Below are positions 1 to 8,240 of a stretch of 64,000 nucleotides of DNA, one piece after another (positions within the stretch are counted from its first letter, which is position 1; each line of letters starts with the position of its first letter). The notes beneath the pieces were generated by a model that did no database searches, had not been told where the DNA came from, and saw nothing but the letters and a program-made list of their open reading frames with translations. Source of the DNA: Candidatus Bathyarchaeota archaeon (lineage in GTDB: Archaea; Thermoproteota; Bathyarchaeia; Bathyarchaeales; Bathycorpusculaceae); NCBI GenBank assembly GCA_963772455.1, contig CAVYXJ010000005.1:64001-128000 (forward strand). Direction: 5' to 3'. A program made the position numbers and the translations under genes.

Positions 1-548
1 AAAGCCAGAGCTGAAGCCAAAAAAGAAGGCACACCGTAACCAAAAAGGCTGCTTAGAGTTCCACCAATTGCTGGACCCAAAATAAAAGCTAACCCTGCAG
101 CAGCACCCAGAAGTCCCAAGTACCTTAACCTTTCATTTTTAGTAGTGAGGTCTGCAACGTAAGCTTGCGCAACTGGAACAGTAGCAGCGGTAGTTCCTGA
201 TAGCATTCTACCCAAAAACATAAGCCAAATACCTTGGGACGCACCAAACAAGAAATAACTGAAGCTTGACACTGCCAACGCTGAAAGCAAAATTTTTCGG
301 CGTCCATAGCGGTCGCTCAAACGTGCAAGAAGAGGGGTGAAAACAAAGGACATTAGGCTGTACGAAGCCAAAAGGACGCCATAAAGGAATGTAGAACCAC
401 CAAGCGAAAGCACGTAGAAGTACAAGTAGGGCACGACAATGGCAAAACCCAAGTTATCGAGAAACACAACCGAAAACAAGATTGCAGAGACAGAACGGTT
501 AACGGAAACTCCGCTAAATGCCTTATCATTGTTGGACAAAAAGTTCAC
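1..548 (-). CDS. MFS transporter (TetA/DHA1-like drug:H+ antiporter), 3' end runs off the window
   Basis: Not in the ORF track. Manual minus-strand translation from GTG 548 (or TTG 539) gives ...SVVFLDNLGFAIVVPYLY...LARLSDRYGRRKILL...GRMLSG...GLAFILGPAIGG, containing MFS motif A and the antiporter motif C. Confidence 0.85.
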   Translation of the reverse strand, partial: MNFLSNNDKAFSGVSVNRSVSAILFSVVFLDNLGFAIVVPYLYFYVLSLGGSTFLYGVLLASYSLMSFVFTPLLARLSDRYGRRKILLSALAVSSFSYFLFGASQGIWLMFLGRMLSGTTAATVPVAQAYVADLTTKNERLRYLGLLGAAAGLAFILGPAIGGTLSSLFGYGVPSFLASALA

Positions 549-713
549 TAACTAAATTAGTCTAATTAAGCAAATAAGCGTTTTTCTAAGCTGTCTGCCC
601 AAATGAAATAAGAAAAATAATAGTCACCAATAAGATGACTTAAAAAAAAATTATAAGTGAAGAAAGGAAAATGGCGCGTTGATTCATGTGACCTATTGAT
701 TATAGGGGCAGTT

Positions 714-1217
714 TTATGTTTGATGTTGTTTAATGAATTTGGCAAAGCTTATGATTTCTAAGTCGCCTTTGCATCTGGAACAAGTGCTTGGGATTTCCGA
801 TGATTTTCCACCAATTTTTATTGGTGCACCACAATGGCAACAGTAGATTGTTAGTGTTTGTCCTTTATCAGAAAGTCTTTTTGTGAGGGCAGCTGCTTCT
901 TTTTGTTCTTCAGATAATTCATTTTTCTTTTTTAAGCTTGCTTTTTGTTCGGTTGAGAAGTTTCTACAAGTTTCGGCTTGAACAAAATACGTATTAAACC
1001 CAGCTTTCACCGGCACCAATTTCTGCCCAGTTTTCCCGCAGGACTCATCATCAAAAAGACCGCAATCTTCACAGGTCTTCTTTGAACTATACTCCTTCTG
1101 AAGTTTCCACAAACAATCCGCACAGTAAGTATGTTCTTCTTTGTTAATGTTTACTGTTAGGCCTTTGCCAGAGAAGGTTTTTTGGCATCCATAACATTCT
1201 GACCGCATAATGTTCAC
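714..1217 (-). CDS. Cys-rich multi zinc-ribbon hypothetical protein
   Basis: 167 aa ORF with several CxxC pairs (CYGC, CADC, CEDC, CHC, CSRC). Confidence 0.65.
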   Translation of the reverse strand: MNIMRSECYGCQKTFSGKGLTVNINKEEHTYCADCLWKLQKEYSSKKTCEDCGLFDDESCGKTGQKLVPVKAGFNTYFVQAETCRNFSTEQKASLKKKNELSEEQKEAAALTKRLSDKGQTLTIYCCHCGAPIKIGGKSSEIPSTCSRCKGDLEIISFAKFIKQHQT

Positions 1218-1352
1218 GTTAAAAACTAATATTTGTTGGGCTTTTATTTATTGTTTGATTAGACATTTACGGAAATGTTCGTAACTCAGCCTAACACCGT
1301 TTAAATAATTCGGTTTTAGACTCATTTTCGTATAAGCCAATGATGGACTTAT

Positions 1353-2261
1353 TTACTTAACGATTTCTTCCCAGCTTGCCACCCGATCAAGAACTTCCTG
1401 CCCAGGTTTTCCGCCATAACTCTTCAATCGTTCTCTTAACTGAATATCCTCAACCACAGCTTTCTGGAAGTCAAGCATCTGACTTGCTCCATCAGTTAAA
1501 TATAGAAATCCATCTGCTCCGGCTCTTGCACAACGAACACTGGTGGTAAGAACTTCAGCTGGGGTAGGCACATCCTTCGGGCTATCACCTGGACCATAAA
1601 CGTACAGACTTATGTAAAATGGTTTTTTAAGCAACTTTTTGAAGTTGCGTGCAAGCATTTCAAAATACCATGGCGTAGCATAGTTCTTACTAAACATAAC
1701 AACATTGAAAGCATCAGCGTATTTTGCTAAATCGTCAAAGTCTACCCCATAACGTTCGTACGAAGTTACGGAGTCTGGTTGAATTGACAAAATAAGTTCC
1801 TTTTTTACCACATCGCGTATTTGACCAATGTAATTGGTGACTTCTTTTCTCCGCCATTCAAGCCAACCAAGTCCGCTTTTCTGCCATAAATCTTTGCAAC
1901 GTGGACATGTGCAATGGTCGTGGTCAGCAAAGTATTGACTGTTTAAGCATATTCCAGAAGACTGTCGATCAACTTCTGCAATATATTTTAATTGTTCAGC
2001 TCTATGTTCAGGTTGTGTAGCGCACACAACATCCCAATAAATATTAAAATTCGCATTTCCCATCTTGGCTGGACCCAACGGAGACTGAGAAATCCAATCT
2101 GGATGATTTCGGACTGCGACATTGTCAGCGAAAACAGCAATGTTGCTAATCATATCTGGAACTGGAGTAAGCCTGATACCTGTTTCGAGTTTTAATCGTA
2201 AAACGTGAAAGTCGAAACCTTGAGGTTTTTGTGGTTGAAATGTGAATGAGCCAAACTTCAT
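1353..2261 (-). CDS. putative glycoside-hydrolase-like TIM-barrel protein with CxCxxC motif
   Basis: 302 aa ORF; HCTCPRC, W-R helix and YGVDFDDLAKYADAFNVVMF resemble GHL10/DUF4015-type barrels; GGTG SD-like motif upstream. Confidence 0.55.
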   Translation of the reverse strand: MKFGSFTFQPQKPQGFDFHVLRLKLETGIRLTPVPDMISNIAVFADNVAVRNHPDWISQSPLGPAKMGNANFNIYWDVVCATQPEHRAEQLKYIAEVDRQSSGICLNSQYFADHDHCTCPRCKDLWQKSGLGWLEWRRKEVTNYIGQIRDVVKKELILSIQPDSVTSYERYGVDFDDLAKYADAFNVVMFSKNYATPWYFEMLARNFKKLLKKPFYISLYVYGPGDSPKDVPTPAEVLTTSVRCARAGADGFLYLTDGASQMLDFQKAVVEDIQLRERLKSYGGKPGQEVLDRVASWEEIVK

Positions 2262-2672
2262 AAGTATGCACCTTTTACCGCAAAGAAGTGCTGTTGATAT
2301 TATAAGGTTTTTGTGAAAACGATAAAATAGATGGATTTATTTTTGTGTCTTGTTTCTTATGGCGGCAAGTTGGAGTTTGCTATTAAGGTGTTTTATTGCA
2401 TTAAATTTGTAAATTTGGTAAAATGTTGTAATAATTACTTAATTTTGGTTTTTTTACGTCTTTATTTTAATCTTATTTTTGGACATCTTTTTAATGTTAA
2501 TGTTTTTTTCGGAAGAATAGTGTGCATTAGTCACGATTTATAGCATAATAGTGAACGTTTGTTAATAATATGTTAAAATCGTTTTTCACATGAGTATATT
2601 TTAAATAGAAGAGTGTTTATTTGTAGAGATAATAACCAAAAAGTTAAACGAATGTTAAAGAGGAAAATGAAA

Positions 2673-3980
2673 ATGTCATCAGGAGACATATCTTGGATAA
2701 TAACGGCAACAGCCCTAGTCATGTTAATGACACCAGCATTAGGCTTCTTTTACGGAGGCCTAGTACGCAAAAAAAACTTAGTATCAACAATCGTTCAATG
2801 CTTCGTTATCTTCGCAGTCATAAGCATAGTTTGGGCACTCTGGGGCTATAGCCTAGTATTTGGACAATCAATCAACGGCATCATAGGCTTCAGCCCATCA
2901 CTACTGGGCTTGGGCACTCTTGGCATACACGACGTAAATTCAGCCCTAGCACCTGCAATACCTGAACTCCTATTCTTCGCCTTCCAGCTAAAGTTCGCCG
3001 CAATCACACCAGCACTAATAATCGGTGCCTGCGCAGAACGATTCCGCTTCAGATCACTACTAATCTTCATGGTTTTGTGGTCAACACTCATCTACGCTCC
3101 AATAGCTCACTGGGTATGGAACCCAAGCGGATGGCTACGAGCCTTTGGCGCCATCGACTTCGCTGGAGGCATTGTAGTACACATTTCCGCAGGTTTGTCT
3201 GCCCTTGCAGCAGCACTAGTTATTGGTAGAAGAAAAGGAGACTCATGTCCAGCCCCACAAGGAAGTTCAATTCCATGGAAAGCCCATATGCAAAAACTTG
3301 ATTCCCCACCACCCGCCTTCAAACCAACTAACATTCCATACGTGCTACTTGGTGCAGCTCTGCTATGGTTTGGCTGGTTCGGATTCAACGCAGGAAGTGC
3401 ACTTGCTGCAAACGATCTTGCAGTCTCAGCTTTAGTAACAACAAACATTGCGGCAGCGGCAGCGGCAGTAAGTTGGATGATTGCCGACTGGTTGAAAAAG
3501 GGAAAACCCTCAGCAGTAGGTATAGCAATTGGCGCAGTAGTTGGGTTAGTCGCTATTACACCAGCAGCAGGCTATGTGAGCGTTTCATCAGCATTGATAA
3601 TTGGTTTGGCAGCAGGAATAATATCAAACTTGGTAGCCGGTTGGAGAGCAGGCAGATCAAAAATTGACGATACACTAGACGTATTCGCATGCCACGGAAT
3701 CGGGGGGATATGGGGTTCCCTCGCAACAGGTCTCTTCGCATCAGCAGCTATCAGCGTAGCAATAGATGTTCCAGGAATAAACGGTCTATTCTTTGGAAAC
3801 CCAGGTCAACTACTCGCACAAGTACTAGCAGTTGCCATAGTGGTACCGTTTGCGTTCTTTGGCTCCTACTTGCTGCTTAAACTGGTGAACGTGTTTTCAC
3901 CATTAAGAGTTAGCGAAAAAGCAGAAGACGCAGGCTTAGACCTTGCAGAACATGGCGAAGAAGCCTTTCAACTAGAATAG
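2673..3980 (+). CDS. amtB: ammonium transporter (Amt family), copy 1
   Basis: LMTPALGFFYGG, DFAGGIVVH, WFGWFGFNAGS, DDTLDVFACHG and C-terminal GLDLAEHGEEA. Likely start ATG 2673 (MSSGD), in frame with ORF 2613. Confidence 0.95.
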   Translation: MSSGDISWIITATALVMLMTPALGFFYGGLVRKKNLVSTIVQCFVIFAVISIVWALWGYSLVFGQSINGIIGFSPSLLGLGTLGIHDVNSALAPAIPELLFFAFQLKFAAITPALIIGACAERFRFRSLLIFMVLWSTLIYAPIAHWVWNPSGWLRAFGAIDFAGGIVVHISAGLSALAAALVIGRRKGDSCPAPQGSSIPWKAHMQKLDSPPPAFKPTNIPYVLLGAALLWFGWFGFNAGSALAANDLAVSALVTTNIAAAAAAVSWMIADWLKKGKPSAVGIAIGAVVGLVAITPAAGYVSVSSALIIGLAAGIISNLVAGWRAGRSKIDDTLDVFACHGIGGIWGSLATGLFASAAISVAIDVPGINGLFFGNPGQLLAQVLAVAIVVPFAFFGSYLLLKLVNVFSPLRVSEKAEDAGLDLAEHGEEAFQLE

Positions 3981-4250
3981 CACATTTCTGTGCTTAATTT
4001 TTTCCTTTTTTTGTTAAATGGTAAAGCATTTTTCTATTCTTAAATTTGACAAGATGTTGTTGAAAACCCTATTCTTTGGACAATTTTGCGAATTAAGCGT
4101 TCAACATTAGAATTATTCGCATGAATATATCGTTTATTCCTAACAGATTGGACATTTATCTATATTTAGCCTTCAATTCAATTCGAATGTATAGTTTAAA
4201 TATTTGATTGTACAAAAAAGGGGAATAACTAAGCGCAAAAAGGGGAAAAC

Positions 4251-5541
4251 ATGTCCTACAATCCAGCTGATGTCGCATGGGTTCTAACCTCAACAGCTCT
4301 AGTCATGTTGATGACACCAGCCCTAGCATTCTTCTACGGTGGCTTAGTTCGAAGAAAGAACCTTGTTTCAACACTAGTTCAATGCATAGCTATTTTTGCT
4401 GTAGTAAGCCTAGTTTGGTTCTTTTGGGGTTATAGTCTAGTATTTGGCCCTAGCGTTGGCGGAGTCATCGGAAATCTGTCTCTTGTCGGCTTAAATGGCA
4501 TCACAATAAATCAAGTTAACACTACATATGCGTCGGGCATTCCAGAAATCTTGTTCTTCGCATTCCAACTTAAATTCGCAGCAATTACCCCCGCTTTAAT
4601 CATAGGTGCTTGCGCCGAAAGAATCCGCTTTAGATCTTTGCTAATATTTGTATTATTGTGGTCCACTCTCATATATTCACCAATTGCACACTGGCTTTGG
4701 AACGTTAACGGCTGGTTGCATGTTTTAGGTGCTTGGGATTTTGCAGGTGGCATAGTGGTACACGTAGCTGCAGGACTTGTCAGCGTTGGCAGCAGCTCTA
4801 ATTGTTGGCAGAAGAAAGGGTTGTGTTTACTGGAAAGACCAGATGAAAGCATTAGATCGAAAAGAACCTGGCGCACCAGCAATGGGCACTGAATTCAAAC
4901 CAACAAACATTCCCTATGTCATTTTAGGTGCAGGTTTACTTTGGTTTGGCTGGTTCGGATTCAACGGAGGCAGCGCCTTAGCCGCCGATAGTATTGCTAT
5001 TTCTGCCGTCATTGCTACTAACTTGGCGGCGGCAGCAGCAGCGGTAAGTTGGATGCTTTTAGATTGGCTAATAAAAGGCAAACCTTCAGCAATCGGAATC
5101 TCAGTCGGCGCAGTATGCGGAATGGCTGCAGTTACTGCAGCGGCAGGTTACATTAATTTCACATCAGCAGTCATCATTGGATTAGCTGCAGGAATAATTT
5201 CGAATTTGGTGGCTAACTGGCGTGCTGGCAGATCCAAAATCGATGACACCCTTGATGTTTTTGCTTGCCATGGAATTGGCGGAATTATTGGTGCAGTATC
5301 AGTTGGTTTGTTTGCAACTGCTGCAGTTAATCCAGCTGTACGTGGGATATTCGATGGTAACACAGCTCTACTTGGAATTCAAGTTCTCGCAGTTGTGGTT
5401 GTAGCTGTTTTTTCGTTTGCTGGTTCTTATTTACTATTGAGGTTAGTGGATGTGTTTTCTCCGATTAGGGTAAGTGCAAAAGAAGAGGATGAAGGCTTGG
5501 ATATGAGCCAGCACGGCGAAGAAGCTTATAACCTTGACTAA
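4251..5541 (+). pseudogene. amtB: ammonium transporter (Amt family), copy 2, split by a +1 frameshift near 4776 (pseudogene or sequence error)
   Basis: ORFs 4251..4892 and 4777..5541 are the N- and C-halves of an Amt. GCA GGA C TTG TCA GCG has one extra base versus GCA GGT TTG TCT GCC in copy 1; removing it gives 429 aa. Confidence 0.9.
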
Positions 5542-5693
5542 TTTTTTTGGGGCAGTACAGTGATAAATCGGTTATTTGAGGAGCAAAAAATCTGAAAAAA
5601 TAAGCTTCTCCTGCAAGGGTTTTTTTGAGTGCCAAAATTACGAAGGTTGAGACTGGTTAAGCATATATAGCGAATGTTAACAATTTCTTTTGG

Positions 5694-6275
5694 TTGACCC
5701 TTAGAATGGACGCTTTCTCCTACGTTTCGGGTTTCACGACTGTTGTACTTGCATTAGGCGTTGCAAGGCTGTTAGTTGGGGTGGGAAGATTATTAGAAAA
5801 GCGTGGCTTAACCCGTTTGTATTGGGTTCATTTAGTCTGGGTAGTCAATACTTTCTTATTTTTAGCATTGCAATGGTGGATCCTGTTTCGGTGGCAGAGT
5901 GAAACAGAATGGACATTTTTCTTATTCATCTTTTTGTTAGCAAGTCCTACAGTGGTTTTTCTCCTATGTGTAATGCTATTTCACGACCCCATAAGTGAAC
6001 ATACAGATTTTAAAAGCCATTTCTACCAAAGCAGACGTGCATTCTTTACACTCGCAACTTTTCTAAGTCCATTAGATTTCGTAGATACATGGCTAAAAGG
6101 AACCTCACACCTTATCGCACAAGGTCCATTTTACTTTGTCACAATAGCGTTAACAACTGTGCTAAGCATAATAGCAGCTACAACTAACAACGAAAAATAC
6201 CATAAATTTTATGCAGTATTTTTCCTAATCTACATAACAATATTCATTAGTGTCAACTTAAGTGCCCTGCAATAA
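5694..6275 (+). CDS. hypothetical integral membrane protein
   Basis: 193 aa ORF with about 6 hydrophobic segments; likely start ATG 5706 (MDAFSYVS). Confidence 0.7.
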   Translation: MTLRMDAFSYVSGFTTVVLALGVARLLVGVGRLLEKRGLTRLYWVHLVWVVNTFLFLALQWWILFRWQSETEWTFFLFIFLLASPTVVFLLCVMLFHDPISEHTDFKSHFYQSRRAFFTLATFLSPLDFVDTWLKGTSHLIAQGPFYFVTIALTTVLSIIAATTNNEKYHKFYAVFFLIYITIFISVNLSALQ

Positions 6276-6323
6276 AGCTCAATCTTCCCTCGCATATCTA
6301 CCAACATTTTCTGACATTTCTTT

Positions 6324-7622
6324 TCATCTACCACTTTTTTCATGCATAATTTTTCTGGTAACCCTCAAAGACAAAGCCGCAGCAGTTAACATAGTTGGTA
6401 AACCTTGAGAACGAGGCATTAACGAAAGGTCAGCAACCCAAAGATCTTGAGGTAACCATGATGGATGCATTGTTTTTACATCGTCTTTAGTTAAAGGTAC
6501 CGTGCCGCCAAGATGACCTCCATGAATCATGCCGTCAACGAAGGGTCCCATTACTCCTGACGCTTCCATTATCAATTTTGCTTCAGCTTTCGCTTTACTT
6601 AGATTCGCGTGGTCTGCTTTAGTTAGAGATTTTGTTACTGAGCCGTCGGCTGCAACAGAACCTTGTTCAGTGTCTGCAAGTTTAATCATCATGCCAACTC
6701 TGTCTTGCATTGATACATCTTTCCAGGGTTTGTGAAACCAAAAAGAGAGCAGATCGAAATATGGTGATAGAATGTAGTTTTCTTTTTTTATAAACCAATT
6801 CATGGGAGGTTCATTTAGCATATGAGAATTCTTTAATACTCCACCGATAGTGAGGACAACATCAACCCATAGATTTTCTTTTGGAACTAAATTTGACCAT
6901 TGCAAAATCTGGGCAGTGCCGATACCACCTGCCGATAAGATGACGACATCAGCTTCGAGTTTTTCTGTTGAAGATCCATGAGAAAACTGGACTCCGCAAG
7001 CATGCTTTCCATCCAAGAGTATCTTTTGGACTTTGGCATGAGTGATAAGTGAGATACCTTTTCCCAAGTAATCTCTGTAGACCCTTCTACTATCCCATTT
7101 GGCTCCGGTTATGCAGCCTAATTCGCAGTATCCGCAACCTATACATTTGCTTAAGTCAGAAACTTTTGGTGTTGGTTTTGGCCTATACCCTAATTGTTCA
7201 GCTTTATCGTACATTTGCTGCGTAAGAGGGCGCCATCTTTCCCTGGGTATAGGTAAGATTTTTAGGGTTTTCTCGATTTCTTCGTATTCTGAAGATAGGT
7301 CAAGACCGATTTCCTTAAGACCATTTTCAGCCCTCACCATGTTACCGCATGCAATTGATGTACAACCACCTTCTGTTACACCTCTGAAAATTGCCAAATC
7401 TTGGCTTGAACGAGTAACATCATAATGTGGAAAAAGATGTTTGATTGAGCTCTCATCTTTAAGAAACCAAGAACCCCTCAAAGAACTTAGCCATGAAACT
7501 TTGTGCGTGAGAGGATCAAAAGGCTTTCCTGCCTCTAAGATTATAACTTCAAAACCATTCTGGACCAGTTCTCGTGCTGCCACTGCCCCTCCAGCTCCAG
7601 ATCCAACCACAATCGCTTTCAA
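6324..7622 (-). CDS. GMC-family FAD-dependent oxidoreductase
   Basis: N-terminal VVGSGAGG...LEAG FAD motif, CIGCGYCELGC motif, LSAGGIGTAQIL, C-terminal HLGGT and VADLS. TTG start overlaps the upstream TGA. Confidence 0.88.
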   Translation of the reverse strand: MKAIVVGSGAGGAVAARELVQNGFEVIILEAGKPFDPLTHKVSWLSSLRGSWFLKDESSIKHLFPHYDVTRSSQDLAIFRGVTEGGCTSIACGNMVRAENGLKEIGLDLSSEYEEIEKTLKILPIPRERWRPLTQQMYDKAEQLGYRPKPTPKVSDLSKCIGCGYCELGCITGAKWDSRRVYRDYLGKGISLITHAKVQKILLDGKHACGVQFSHGSSTEKLEADVVILSAGGIGTAQILQWSNLVPKENLWVDVVLTIGGVLKNSHMLNEPPMNWFIKKENYILSPYFDLLSFWFHKPWKDVSMQDRVGMMIKLADTEQGSVAADGSVTKSLTKADHANLSKAKAEAKLIMEASGVMGPFVDGMIHGGHLGGTVPLTKDDVKTMHPSWLPQDLWVADLSLMPRSQGLPTMLTAAALSLRVTRKIMHEKSGR

Positions 7623-8240
7623 GTCACAGTCACTTCTCCACTAAAGTGAATATCGGCTCTACAATTTTTACAGCCTTTGGTCATGAATTCTCCAAACTTC
7701 ATTGTTACGTTTGGTTGTAATCCTTCAATGACTCCTTCGTCGGTGGCGCTTAAGATCTCACAAGTAAGCTTAGAATATTGCTTTGCCAAAGCACATCGAT
7801 AAATAATTATTTTTACGTTTGATTTATCAACCCATTCTAAATGAAATTCTATTCCTAGTATGCGATATAGAATTTTAGCTGCTTTAGTTAAATCTCTTGG
7901 ACTATTGCCGACGCCAAGTTTAGCACGAGTTTGTTTGCCTAAGTCTTGCCCTACTGAAAACAAAGCTTTTCTGCCAAGTCTGATAGTTTCTTCGTGTCCA
8001 ATTGCACTTTCTAATGCTTCAACTAGGTATGATTGAGTTTGAGCCATAATTGTTCTTTGTTCGTTAATATTTTTTGCAGGTCTGCTGTTTTTGGTTCTCT
8101 ATGTTAAAGCTATTAAGTGTATTTTTTGTGAGTAAGGTTTTGAGCGCTGTTGTTGTTTGGTCAGATATGTTTTTGAGTTCTTTGCGAATGATGTATTTTG
8201 GCGTCCACCAAGCCAAGAGGAGAAGTCTAAGACCCAGCAT
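7619..8240 (-). CDS. V4R/ATC-hydrolase-like small-ligand-binding protein, frameshifted at ~8070-8075
   Basis: ATG at 8240 overlaps the upstream TAA (TAATG) and reads MLGLRLLLLAWWTPKYIIRKEL... to a stop just after an A6 run. Removing one A joins it to ORF 7619..8047 (206 aa), which has the RCAL..TCE..DEG..GCKNC Cys pattern. Confidence 0.65.

Noticed and set aside
669-678. aaatggcgcg identical to 18408-18417 at the tRNA-Ser 3' end (possible att site bounding an ~18-kb island)
   Set aside because: Only 10 bp, of which just 7 are tRNA sequence, so plausible by chance; no integrase in the window.
2331-2543. 70-aa ORF in the AT-rich spacer, and the similar ORFs 24997..25194 and 46624..46941
   Set aside because: Low-complexity F/L/N-rich translations of promoter DNA with no recognisable motifs.
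3449-3470. GCGGCA repeats in amtB1 (and at ~5025-5045 in amtB2)
   Set aside because: They simply encode the poly-Ala TM helix of Amt proteins.
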